Positions 49,661 to 59,168 of a DNA stretch of 64,000 nt are shown in pieces. The stretch comes from Promethearchaeota archaeon. Lineage in GTDB: Archaea > Asgardarchaeota > Lokiarchaeia > Sigyniarchaeales > SOKP01. The DNA lies in contig JBHLMQ010000004.1 of NCBI GenBank assembly GCA_048938005.1, forward strand, positions 2,447-66,446. Direction: 5' to 3'. The translations under genes were made by a program, and so were the position numbers. A model generated the notes under the pieces. It was not told the origin of the DNA. It saw nothing but the letters and a program-made list of their open reading frames with translations, and did no database searches. Positions within the stretch are counted from its first letter, which is position 1; the number at the start of each line of letters is the position of its first letter.

Positions 49661-49990
49661 CTATAAGCGATTAGAAATTCTTTTAAGATATAATTTCATA
49701 TAAAATCTTTGGCTATTACAATAAGCAAATTTATGTTTTAGAGTTAGATCTGGAAAATTCTTTAAGATTAAATGAATTTTTTTGATCATATTAAAATATC
49801 TTTCTGTAATACAATTATATGTTTTATCCGGGTCATATATAAAACCTTTTTCTAAACCTTTGTTATTTAATTTAGGTTTAAAAAATATATCTTTTTGTAA
49901 TTCATGCTCAGTAACAATATCAGATTCGTCAAATATAAAATCATTTTCAATATTTTTAAGATAGATTCTCTCTATTTTTCCTGAACTCAT
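49661..49990 (-). CDS. Hypothetical protein
   Basis: 109-aa ORF with ATG and upstream AAGGTT; no motif recognised. Confidence 0.5.
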   Translation of the reverse strand: MSSGKIERIYLKNIENDFIFDESDIVTEHELQKDIFFKPKLNNKGLEKGFIYDPDKTYNCITERYFNMIKKIHLILKNFPDLTLKHKFAYCNSQRFYMKLYLKRISNRL

Positions 49991-50124
49991 CTATTAATAA
50001 CCTTATACCTTAAATTTTACTAATACTATTATTTTACTTATATTAATTTCAGAGTAGAGTCCTTATTAACCCATTAATATTTTTTTAAGAATTGATAAAA
50101 TGAAATTTTCAGTAATAATAAATT

Positions 50125-50223
50125 AAAAGAAGAGGAGAAGGATAACAAAATTCAAATTTAATATAAAAAAGAGATATTAAAGGCGAAATCCAATGTAAGA
50201 TTGAAAATTTTGTTTCCCTTCCT
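50125..50223 (-). ncRNA. Candidate structured small RNA or cis element (fold-back element 2)
   Basis: Outer stem 50133-50152/50206-50223, inner 8-bp hairpin 50157-50181, minus-strand TATA TTTTTATA at 50252-50245. Confidence 0.35.
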
Positions 50224-50315
50224 AATAAATGGTTTAAATTAAACTATAAAAATCTAACAAAATTTTGGTCAAATAATTGGAAAAAAAAAGGAATTCTTAA
50301 AATTTTGATTTTAAA

Positions 50316-50852
50316 TTAGTAATATTCTATTTTAGAAACAAGTAAAGCAAAGAAGCCATAGAAAACAATATTTATTATGCAACTTACGATGATTCTAATA
50401 AGAATAATATCAAATGTCAACCAACCATAAGCTGTATATGTAGTGAATATATGATTTTGAGTAAACGGGCTTAAAAAAATCGCAATAATTATTGAAACTG
50501 TACTGATGACTGCCGTTAAAAGCCATCCTCCTAAGCATTGAATTTTACTCTCTCCAAATCTTCCAGCAAGAATCGGTGCTATTATTAGAGCAGCTAAGTA
50601 ACCTAACCCTAAGATCAAAACAGTTAAATCGAAATTACCTAAAAAAGGTTGGGCTATTGTCCAATCTAAAATTATATATGGGGTACTAATAATTGAACCA
50701 AATAAATAATATAGAATCATCAGAGGATAGGTTTGAATGTTATAAAACAATACATTAAATCCTGGACCAATTGCATAATATATTATTGTAAAAATGAAAT
50801 TTAAACCAACAAAAGCAGCTATACTTAATAAAAAAGCTTTACCAAATCCCAT
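50316..50852 (-). CDS. Hypothetical multi-pass membrane protein
   Basis: About five hydrophobic helices; start moved to MGFGKAFLLS. Confidence 0.7.
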   Translation of the reverse strand: MGFGKAFLLSIAAFVGLNFIFTIIYYAIGPGFNVLFYNIQTYPLMILYYLFGSIISTPYIILDWTIAQPFLGNFDLTVLILGLGYLAALIIAPILAGRFGESKIQCLGGWLLTAVISTVSIIIAIFLSPFTQNHIFTTYTAYGWLTFDIILIRIIVSCIINIVFYGFFALLVSKIEYY

Positions 50853-51128
50853 TAAACTCAGACTCTTTTTTATAAAGTGAATGTTAATATTTATTATTTT
50901 CAAGGAAGAAATAGATTTTAAATTTTAGGGTGTAATTAAATCAAATTATTTGTTTTCGTTGGATATATTTTTCATTTCCCATTATGTCATTATAGATTTA
51001 TATTTTCATAATTTTTTAAAAATAAAATAATATTATTCATTGAATTATTAAAAGGTTATAAAGAAGTAAATAATAGAGTAAATGCTCAAAATTTTAATAA
51101 ATTATGAAATCCTAAAAAGACTATAATA

Positions 51129-52157
51129 ATGAAAAGAGTTAATGAAAAATTTACTCTTGGAAAGCTTAAACACGATTATTTAGCTAAGTTACTCTCAAAT
51201 ATAGAAATACAAGATAGTAGAGTAATAATGGGTTCTAAAATCGGTGAAGACGCTGCAGTTATAGATATACCTGGAAAGAATTATTTAGTAGCTAAAACTG
51301 ACCCAATTACATTCGCTACTGATGAAATAGGCTATTATGCAGTAATGGTAAATGTTAATGATCTCGTATGCACAGGAGCTAAGCCGAAATGGTTTCAATC
51401 AACGATATTGTTACCTGAAAATCTCACTACCACTGAAATTATTGAAAAAATATTTAATAATATTCACAGTACATGCAAATCAATGGGAATAACTGTAGTT
51501 GGGGGGCATATAGAAATTACTCCTAGGCTTGATCGACCAATTATAGTAGGATCTTTAATAGGAGAGGTAGAGAAAAAAAAACTTGTACTTACCTCAGGTG
51601 CAGAACCAGGAGATGCACTTATATTGACAAAAGGCATTTTTATTGAGGGTACTTCTATTATTGGACGAGAAAAAGAAAGAGATTTGATAAATAAAGGTTT
51701 CAATCCTGAATTTATAGAAAAATGTAAGAATTATCTTTATAATCCTGGAATAAGTGTTTTTAAAGAAGCTCTTCTTGCAAATGAACATTTTAAAATAAAA
51801 TCTATGCACGATCCAACAGAAGGAGGTTTAGGATGCGGTATTGCTGAAGTGGCAATAGCATCTGATACAGGAGTAATAATTGAAAGAGAAATGGTTAATA
51901 TATTACCCGAGCCTTCAGAATTAAGTGAAATTTTTAATATAAATCCAATGGGTACAATCTCTTCTGGATCTCTATTAATTGCTATAGATGATCAATTCAG
52001 TTCAGAGTTAGTTAACCTATTGAAAAAGAATGAAATTAATGCAGAGAAAATTGGAGAATTTGTCCTGAAAAAAAATGGTTTAAAAATTAAAGAAAAAGAT
52101 GGAAAAATAAAACCTTTAGAATATTCTGAAAAAGATGAAATAATAAAAATTTTTTGA
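51129..52157 (+). CDS. AIR synthase-related (PurM/HypE-like) protein
   Basis: GEDAAV, TDPIT, NVND, GGH.E, MHDPTEGG; lacks the HypE C-terminal PRIC. Confidence 0.85.
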   Translation: MKRVNEKFTLGKLKHDYLAKLLSNIEIQDSRVIMGSKIGEDAAVIDIPGKNYLVAKTDPITFATDEIGYYAVMVNVNDLVCTGAKPKWFQSTILLPENLTTTEIIEKIFNNIHSTCKSMGITVVGGHIEITPRLDRPIIVGSLIGEVEKKKLVLTSGAEPGDALILTKGIFIEGTSIIGREKERDLINKGFNPEFIEKCKNYLYNPGISVFKEALLANEHFKIKSMHDPTEGGLGCGIAEVAIASDTGVIIEREMVNILPEPSELSEIFNINPMGTISSGSLLIAIDDQFSSELVNLLKKNEINAEKIGEFVLKKNGLKIKEKDGKIKPLEYSEKDEIIKIF

Positions 52158-52331
52158 TTGTTTTAAGAAAATATATGTTAGATTTAGATATTCATTAAAA
52201 TAGACATGTTTTATCTCATTAAACTAAAATTTTTATTTCGATATTTTTATTTTATATTATAAGTAATATTAATTTCTAAGGGATGTCTAATACAGAATAA
52301 ATAAATAGATAGACTAAAGAATTGGTCAAAA

Positions 52332-54257
52332 TTGGCGTATAAAGAGTTAAGATACATTATAGAAAATCTTCAAGAAAGAGCTAACGAGCAGGAACTAACC
52401 ATTAAAACTATTAATGGTGTGTTATTTGAAATTTTAGAGAAAAAACCTGCGCAGTTTGAAGAATTCAAAAAAAATATTAAACTAAAATGGAAATCATTTG
52501 TAGAAAAAAATCACAAACGAATAATTAAAAAAACATTTACATTATTTTTCTATGAAAATTTCCATGATCTACTTAGTTACTTTTTGGATATGTTTTTTGG
52601 TTTTAATGAAAATTCCTTGAAACTATCTAGTAAAGAAAAAATATCTGATAAGATAATATATCTTGAGTATAATTATCTCTTAAATCCAGAGGAAGAAGAA
52701 AGTTTTACAAGAATTTCTGACGAATTTCAAATTGAAATGTTATATGGATTTTCATTTCTTACGGGCTATCTCTATTATGTTGTTCGACTTTTAGGGATGG
52801 TTATTAGAAAAGCAATTCACGAAAAAATCTTCATTCTACTTGACGCTGTTATCGTCAAAGATGGAATTGCAAACAAAAACTTGAATTTTATGATTATAAT
52901 TAAAGATAGTAAAGATGACATCTTTTATTCCTATTATAATATGGTATTATATTATTTCTTAAGGCAAATTAAGGGTATTCCAGAACAATACTATGAGAAT
53001 TTATTAAAAGGAAGAGAAAAATTATATCAGATTGCTTTAGACGAATATTCATCTGCAAAAGATAGATTAGTTGATTTATTATATTATTTTTATAAAAAGT
53101 GCAATTTATTACAAAGCTTTTCCCCTTTATTAGATTTCTTTAATTTTGTTGGAGCTAGGGTAGAAGACTCTGTATTTTCTAAAGTTGATATTATCAAAAA
53201 GGGATTCCTAGCAAATTTGGATGAATATACTACTGAGAAAAAAAATTCAATTATCATATTCTTTAATTATCTTGATAAGAAATCAACTTTGTATTCAACA
53301 TTTCAAGCAAATAATCTACCATCTCCAAAATCACAATTAAATTTATTCCTTCTCTATATGAAATATTATTTTGGTAGTGGTCTTGAAGCATTGGAAGTCG
53401 GTGATGTATTATTTTTACCTGAAACTTTTAAAGCAACATTAAATCAATATAATAAAAGTGAAGAGGACGTAATTGGAGCAAATTCTATTAAAAATGTGAA
53501 AGATTTTTTGAATTTCTTGTCCGTGTTGTCAAATATTGAGAATATTGACCCATTTTTTCATAAAATATTTAAAAAAAACCTTTCTCAACTAAATTATGGC
53601 TTTTTTAAAACATTCTTGAAAAGTTTTAATACAAATTTTTCTCAGATAATAACTCAAGAAAATGAAATTCTTTCAGAAAATCCTGAGAATACCCCATTCA
53701 CATTTAACATTATTGTTGACCATATATGTAGAATTCTCTATGTGCTAATTGATAAAATATTTATGAGATCTTCTCCAGATGAAGCATCACAAAATTTCAT
53801 CGATCCACGTAGTCGATATATTGGCAAGAATATTGCTTTAAGAGTTTTAGAACTTTTTGTTTTTCAAGATATAAACTATTCTGACGACGTTTGGCCAGAT
53901 TATATTATTAGTTTAAACAGAGAACACCTTAAGAATGAATTGAATAACTTTAACATAAGCATTCCTAAGAAAAAATTCTATTCTATTGAAGAATTAATAC
54001 AAATAATGATAACTTACAATATTCAGTCTTTTACTGATCAGCCTTTTTTCGAAGAGTGGTTAATATATGAAATAATAATCCCGTTAAATAATTTAATTCA
54101 AGATATTCGTAAGTCTGTTGAGGATAAATCAAATGAAATTGAAGTATATGAAAAATTAAGCGAATATCTACTTTCAGGTATAAAAGATGAAGAAATTATA
54201 AAAGATTTTAAATTTTTATGCCAGCAATTTGCTCCATTTTGGAAAAATGTTAAATGA
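52332..54257 (+). CDS. Large hypothetical protein (641 aa)
   Basis: Long ORF, TTG start, helical and aromatic-rich; no motif recognised. Confidence 0.75.
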   Translation: MAYKELRYIIENLQERANEQELTIKTINGVLFEILEKKPAQFEEFKKNIKLKWKSFVEKNHKRIIKKTFTLFFYENFHDLLSYFLDMFFGFNENSLKLSSKEKISDKIIYLEYNYLLNPEEEESFTRISDEFQIEMLYGFSFLTGYLYYVVRLLGMVIRKAIHEKIFILLDAVIVKDGIANKNLNFMIIIKDSKDDIFYSYYNMVLYYFLRQIKGIPEQYYENLLKGREKLYQIALDEYSSAKDRLVDLLYYFYKKCNLLQSFSPLLDFFNFVGARVEDSVFSKVDIIKKGFLANLDEYTTEKKNSIIIFFNYLDKKSTLYSTFQANNLPSPKSQLNLFLLYMKYYFGSGLEALEVGDVLFLPETFKATLNQYNKSEEDVIGANSIKNVKDFLNFLSVLSNIENIDPFFHKIFKKNLSQLNYGFFKTFLKSFNTNFSQIITQENEILSENPENTPFTFNIIVDHICRILYVLIDKIFMRSSPDEASQNFIDPRSRYIGKNIALRVLELFVFQDINYSDDVWPDYIISLNREHLKNELNNFNISIPKKKFYSIEELIQIMITYNIQSFTDQPFFEEWLIYEIIIPLNNLIQDIRKSVEDKSNEIEVYEKLSEYLLSGIKDEEIIKDFKFLCQQFAPFWKNVK

Positions 54258-54272
54258 ACATGATTTGAATAT

Positions 54273-54779
54273 TTAGGTAATTTTAAATATCTTTAAAAAT
54301 TTTAAAAAATCTCTTTCAATATCTATTATTGGTAAACTTAAGATTTCTTTTTTACCAAAATCTCTTAAACAGATTACTCCAGAGATCATTCTAACGTGTT
54401 CTGTCAATTGTTCTTCAACATCACCCATTTTTGATATGCATAATACTGTTGGGTTGTTTAAATTCCTAAAACCTTCTGTAAATATTACATCTATTTTGTG
54501 AGGGCCAGCATTAAGCCATTTTACAAGTATGTCTAATTTATTAATCGATGTTTTCATGAAAATAGCAGTTTCATTATTAACATTTTGAATCACGGAATAA
54601 GATGCTCCAACTTTCGTGAATTTATAAGAATCTTTTCCTTTCTTATCAACTGGGTGGTGCTTTACATTTTTTATTACTGCAATATTATAATTTAGATTTT
54701 TTTTTAGTAACGTTATAGCAGTTGTGATAAAATTCGTCTTTCCAGAACCAGAATATCCAATAACATCTATTATTTGAAT
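54273..54779 (-). CDS. mobB: Molybdopterin-guanine dinucleotide biosynthesis protein B; proposed ATT start
   Basis: GYSGSGKT, AVIK, D..GKDS..F..VGA, DVIFTEGF. Confidence 0.88.
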   Translation of the reverse strand: MQIIDVIGYSGSGKTNFITTAITLLKKNLNYNIAVIKNVKHHPVDKKGKDSYKFTKVGASYSVIQNVNNETAIFMKTSINKLDILVKWLNAGPHKIDVIFTEGFRNLNNPTVLCISKMGDVEEQLTEHVRMISGVICLRDFGKKEILSLPIIDIERDFLKFLKIFKIT

Positions 54780-54946
54780 AAAAATCACACCTGTTAATCT
54801 ATTGTTTTATTTCATTATATTCTATTTCATTTCGAATTCTTTTTCTATTTTTATTTTTTTTAATGAAAAAAAAATATATTATTTTGCTATTTAATATTTA
54901 TTTAAATAAGAATTTTCTAAAGAAATCAAAAAATCTTTGAAAATTA

Positions 54947-56938
54947 ATGTCAACGAAAAAAGAAAGGATTGTTTTTGACGCTAATTTCTTTATTTGCATG
55001 CTACAAATTAAAGCTCGTAATTTTTTAGATAATTTACATAAAGCAGCAGAGGATTTAGGGTATGAATACTACATCTCTCAAATTGTATTCAATGAAATCA
55101 AAGCTCCTCATACTTATATAAACAAACTGAAAAGTATTATAAATGTTGAAAAAGTTTTTCTTTATGAAATTGATGATATAAAAGATAATCTTGACCAATT
55201 TAATGTTAAATTTCCCGCTCAAGATCCTGATCTCTCACTTATTTGTATAGGAAAGAGATTATTGGACCAGAATGAAAAAATGCCTATTCACCTTGTAACA
55301 GATGACTTTAAACTAGCAAAAAATACAAATCTAATTTATAAAAGCAAAATTAACATCTTATCTCTTTCAAGCTTCCTTTTAAAAGTACAAAGAACAATTG
55401 CCAACTCTCAGATGAGGAAATATTTTAAAAATATTTGGAGGCGAAGCTTAAATTATACGTTGTCTTATATGATCGAACGCTCCAAAATCTATCCTGCCGA
55501 ACAAAAGATTACATGGTTGATTGAAAAAGCGATAGCTGTTACAGAAAACTCGATCTTAACTCAAGATATCGAGTTAGAGAACCCAGACGCTGGCGTTAAG
55601 TTTGAGATTGGTACTTCTAGATATACTGATGAACTTGATATTGCTGAGAAGTATATATCAAATCAAGCTCTCCCTCAGAGTGAAGAGGAAAAAATATTTG
55701 GGATTATAAAATTTCTTGAAAATTTAAAAATTTCAAGGGAGTATGTAATTCGGGCTCGGGAAGCTATAATTAAAAGTGAATCGAAAGATGCAGTAAAATT
55801 ATTAAAAAGGGGGAATGGTTTTTTAGTATCTTTACTTCAAGTTGCATCAGGACAATTAACGAATATAAAGGATTACGATATTGTAGAGCAGTTGATATGT
55901 TCTGAAATTAGTAAAATGGAATTTTTACGAGCATTTTTATTGGTTTCCCTTGGGCGCATTAATGCTGCAGTTGATTCACTTGAAAGGGCAGCATTATTCT
56001 CAGTTATTATTCATAATTATAAAACTTGTCTAACTCTGAATTATTTAAAGGCTTTAATATACTTATTTCATGGACTTTATAAAAGTGCAATTAGTCAGTA
56101 TAATTTTACTGAAGAACTAGCTGATATTTATGAAGATGATAAGCTGAGACTCAAATGTTTAATTGGTAAAGCTATAGCAATTTATATTCAAGGGGAAGAT
56201 CGTAATACAGCGATGAATATAATGGAAGAAATCTCAAATATTGATCTCGATGAAAACTTTCTTGATGCCATAGTAGTATTTAGCGAGCTTGGTGATTATT
56301 TCTTGGCATTAGGGCATTCTCAAATAGCAACAAATCTTTACAACCAAGCACTAGAAATCTCAATTGACTATAAATTATCATTTAAAAGTGAGACTTTAAT
56401 AGAAAAACTAAAAAGATCTTATATTGCAACAGTTTTAGATGGATATTCAGCAGAAGATATGGTTGATAAATTAGATCTTTTATTAGATAAAGCATATGAA
56501 ATTAAAGATGTTGAAACATATAATGAACAAATAAAGAAAATTTCAAGCTTTAATCTCTTGTTTTATACGCCATTTCCGTATATTACTGGTAAAAGGAAGT
56601 CCATTCCTTACTCAAAATTACCAAAGGAACTTCAAGATGATTATTTAGAAGTTGTATATTTCGAAAAATCAAAAGAAATTCAAAACCAAATTCTTTTTAT
56701 TGTTTCTCATTATGAATTAGGTTTACTCGGAATAAAGGTGAAAACGGATGAGAACATAACTGGTATTGCTGAAAATTACTCTCTTAAGATAAAACCTACA
56801 GCTAATGTAAAGATATATGAGCCTGACGAGGTTTTAAGAAATGAATTTTTAATTCGAGCTATTGTTGAAATAACTCAGAAAGATCAGGTTCAAATTAATT
56901 ATACACTCCCATCTTTCTTTAAACAATTGAATCTATGA
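54947..56938 (+). CDS. PIN-domain protein with TPR repeats
   Basis: IVFDANFFI, E, DPDLSL, LVTDDFKL (PIN acidic residues); TPR-like helices from about aa 300-500. Confidence 0.75.
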   Translation: MSTKKERIVFDANFFICMLQIKARNFLDNLHKAAEDLGYEYYISQIVFNEIKAPHTYINKLKSIINVEKVFLYEIDDIKDNLDQFNVKFPAQDPDLSLICIGKRLLDQNEKMPIHLVTDDFKLAKNTNLIYKSKINILSLSSFLLKVQRTIANSQMRKYFKNIWRRSLNYTLSYMIERSKIYPAEQKITWLIEKAIAVTENSILTQDIELENPDAGVKFEIGTSRYTDELDIAEKYISNQALPQSEEEKIFGIIKFLENLKISREYVIRAREAIIKSESKDAVKLLKRGNGFLVSLLQVASGQLTNIKDYDIVEQLICSEISKMEFLRAFLLVSLGRINAAVDSLERAALFSVIIHNYKTCLTLNYLKALIYLFHGLYKSAISQYNFTEELADIYEDDKLRLKCLIGKAIAIYIQGEDRNTAMNIMEEISNIDLDENFLDAIVVFSELGDYFLALGHSQIATNLYNQALEISIDYKLSFKSETLIEKLKRSYIATVLDGYSAEDMVDKLDLLLDKAYEIKDVETYNEQIKKISSFNLLFYTPFPYITGKRKSIPYSKLPKELQDDYLEVVYFEKSKEIQNQILFIVSHYELGLLGIKVKTDENITGIAENYSLKIKPTANVKIYEPDEVLRNEFLIRAIVEITQKDQVQINYTLPSFFKQLNL

Positions 56939-56994
56939 CTTTTTTAGTATTAAATAATATAGAAAAGAAATTTTAGATATATAATTGATTTACT

Positions 56995-57267
56995 CTATTC
57001 TCTTCTTAAACTCTTATCTCGTTGACTGATCTGGTGACCATGAATAGCACAACTAATACAATAATATTTAGTTTTACTTGGAGCTTGAATTATAGTACCA
57101 GCTTTTTTCAATTCAGTATACATTCGACCATCAACAAGAGAAACTCTTTTTGTAACGGCTTTTGCTTTACTTCGAGCAACAAATCTTCCACATTTGCTGC
57201 ATTGCACTCTAGCATAATGTCCTTTACTAGAACCGCTTCTACCGCCACTTTTTCTTTTTTTTGGAAT
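56995..57267 (-). CDS. rps26e: 30S ribosomal protein S26e; proposed ATT start at 57267
   Basis: PKKRKSGGR, VQCSKCGR.V...KA, YCISCAIH. Confidence 0.93.
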   Translation of the reverse strand: MPKKRKSGGRSGSSKGHYARVQCSKCGRFVARSKAKAVTKRVSLVDGRMYTELKKAGTIIQAPSKTKYYCISCAIHGHQISQRDKSLRRE

Positions 57268-57414
57268 AAAAATCAGCTTTTTTTTAATTTTACTAATTAA
57301 TTTTAATATTTCTATAGAAAGTGAATTAGACAAAACTTAAAAAATTTATGCTTTCATTTAGATTATTGATAAAATTAGTAAATTTTAAAGTAAACTTTAA
57401 CAATTTAATTCTAA

Positions 57415-58137
57415 TCAATCTTTTCGGGCATCTACTTTACTTAAAGATTTAAAAGTAAATATTAAACGTTGAATTATTGTAATAATCAATAGTATTACAA
57501 AACCTAAAATGAAGAATAAAAAAAACCACGTTACTGGCGTTGATGTGATAAAGGGATTAAATACTAACCATCGTGTTCCCGTTATAAGGTCTGAAAAATG
57601 ATATATCCAGATTTCAATACTTAAAGCAACCATCAATATTATTAATCTTTCAGCCCGCTCCATGAAACCAATTCCTTTCATATCAATCCCTTCATTTTCT
57701 GCTCTTGCTCGAATATATGAAATCATTAAAATTAAAAATATTATAAAGTAACCTAATGTATAGTTGATAAAACCACCATATATCAATCCGAAGATCATTA
57801 TAGCATCTGAAAGCCTATCTAAGTTTGAATCTAAGAATGCACCAGTTTTAGTCATTTTGCCAGTTCTTCGAGCAACCTCACCATCAAAAACATCGAAACC
57901 TCCAGCCCAAAACATTAAAAAAGGTACAAGCCAAGCAAACCAGAAGAATTTGTAAATAACATTTATTGCGATTAAAAAAGCTGCTCCCAAAGAAAACAGG
58001 AAACCAATAAATGAAAGAATATTAGGAGTAAAATTATGTTTTATCAAAAAATTAACTGGACCATCTATAAACTTATTAATGAATTGTTTTTGATTAGCTC
58101 TTTTTTTATTAATTTGTTCGAGATCGCTCAAATTCAA
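57415..58137 (-). CDS. CDP-alcohol phosphatidyltransferase (archaetidylinositol phosphate synthase-like)
   Basis: TPN, D.FDG.VAR..G..T..GAFLDS.LDR.SD, SYIRARAE, G.MERAER. Confidence 0.9.
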   Translation of the reverse strand: MNLSDLEQINKKRANQKQFINKFIDGPVNFLIKHNFTPNILSFIGFLFSLGAAFLIAINVIYKFFWFAWLVPFLMFWAGGFDVFDGEVARRTGKMTKTGAFLDSNLDRLSDAIMIFGLIYGGFINYTLGYFIIFLILMISYIRARAENEGIDMKGIGFMERAERLIILMVALSIEIWIYHFSDLITGTRWLVFNPFITSTPVTWFFLFFILGFVILLIITIIQRLIFTFKSLSKVDARKD

Positions 58138-58193
58138 TATGGCTTCTTTTAATATACTTATAAACTTAAAAGTACTTTATAATAAAAAATTTA

Positions 58194-58790
58194 TTATAAT
58201 GCTAATATGTATAATTTCAATAATCGAATAACTGAAGATGCTAAATATGATTGATTTCCAATACTTATAGCTGGAATTTTTAATGCTAATAATTCCTTTG
58301 AATTAAAATATTCATCTTCTTGGCTACCAACTATGAAAACAATATTTTCTTTCTCTTGAATACTACCTAAGAATTTGAAAAAATCTTGACCTTGCTCACA
58401 TAAAATATATAAATTATAATTCAATGTTTTAAAGTGCCTTATCGCTTCGAGAATGCTCATTTTTGAAACTTTGATTGAATTTAATAGATTAAGGTGGTGT
58501 TCTTCATCGGCACTATAGGTCTGAAGAAAATCAACAAAATAATCTGAAAATAGTAATTCATTTTTGGGAAAATCTTCATAATCTAAAAATTCTGGATTAA
58601 AAATAAACGTACCATAACGATCTAAAAATACCCAAATCTGAACACTTTTTTCGAAACTGTCTTCACCTAATATTACTGAAAGAATACATCGTGAAATTAC
58701 ATCTAATCGACCAGAAGAACCTGGTATATCCTTAATCGTATAGTTATCAACATCCACTGTTGCAGATTTAATGAAAAATACCAAATTCAT
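58194..58790 (-). CDS. trmY: tRNA (pseudouridine54-N1)-methyltransferase TrmY-like SPOUT protein
   Basis: D.PG.SGRLDV..RC, L.E.G, FIVG, ISIG..SY.AS. Confidence 0.75.
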   Translation of the reverse strand: MNLVFFIKSATVDVDNYTIKDIPGSSGRLDVISRCILSVILGEDSFEKSVQIWVFLDRYGTFIFNPEFLDYEDFPKNELLFSDYFVDFLQTYSADEEHHLNLLNSIKVSKMSILEAIRHFKTLNYNLYILCEQGQDFFKFLGSIQEKENIVFIVGSQEDEYFNSKELLALKIPAISIGNQSYLASSVIRLLKLYILAL

Positions 58791-58903
58791 AAAAATTTTT
58801 TTATTAAAAAGTGTGAATAATTAACTTTTAAATTTATAAGAATAAAAATCTTATATTATCAAATAGATTTTTCCTAAAATAATTTGAAATATTTGTTGTT
58901 TGT

Positions 58904-59077
58904 ATGGATAATATTGATTTTACTAATTTTCTACTCTTACTGGCGAATTCAAGAAGAGCTTATCGAGAACTTGCTGAGATTTTTAATTTGAGTGTCAATT
59001 CTGTCCATAAACGTGTTAAATCAATGGTTGATCTTGGTGTCATTGAAAACTTTAATGTAAGACTAAATATTTTTTAA
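58904..59077 (+). pseudogene. Truncated Lrp/AsnC regulator (HTH only, 57 aa; not in ORF track)
   Basis: MDNIDF...LLANSRRAYRELAEIFNLSVNSVHKRVKSMVDLGVIENF then TAA; no effector domain. Confidence 0.7.
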
Positions 59078-59130
59078 AACTTACATTTATTTGGTTTAAA
59101 AGTAGTATTATTAAAATCTTAATTTTTTGA

Positions 59131-59168
59131 GGGTACTTTTTATCACCCAAGGGGGTGATATATTGCCC
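59131..59168. other. GC-rich hairpin/inverted repeat
   Basis: TATCACCC-AAGG-GGGTGATA perfect 8-bp arms with outer GGGTA/TGCCC, followed by a T-rich tract. Confidence 0.6.

Noticed and set aside
50901-50980. Third fold-back element (GGAAGAAATA ... TATTTTTCATTTCCC)
   Set aside because: Pairing is short and poor, with no matching inner hairpin or well-placed TATA box.
51129-52157. HypE or selenophosphate synthetase call
   Set aside because: No C-terminal PRIC Cys and no N-terminal Cys/Sec-x-x-Lys motif; only the PurM-like fold is supported.
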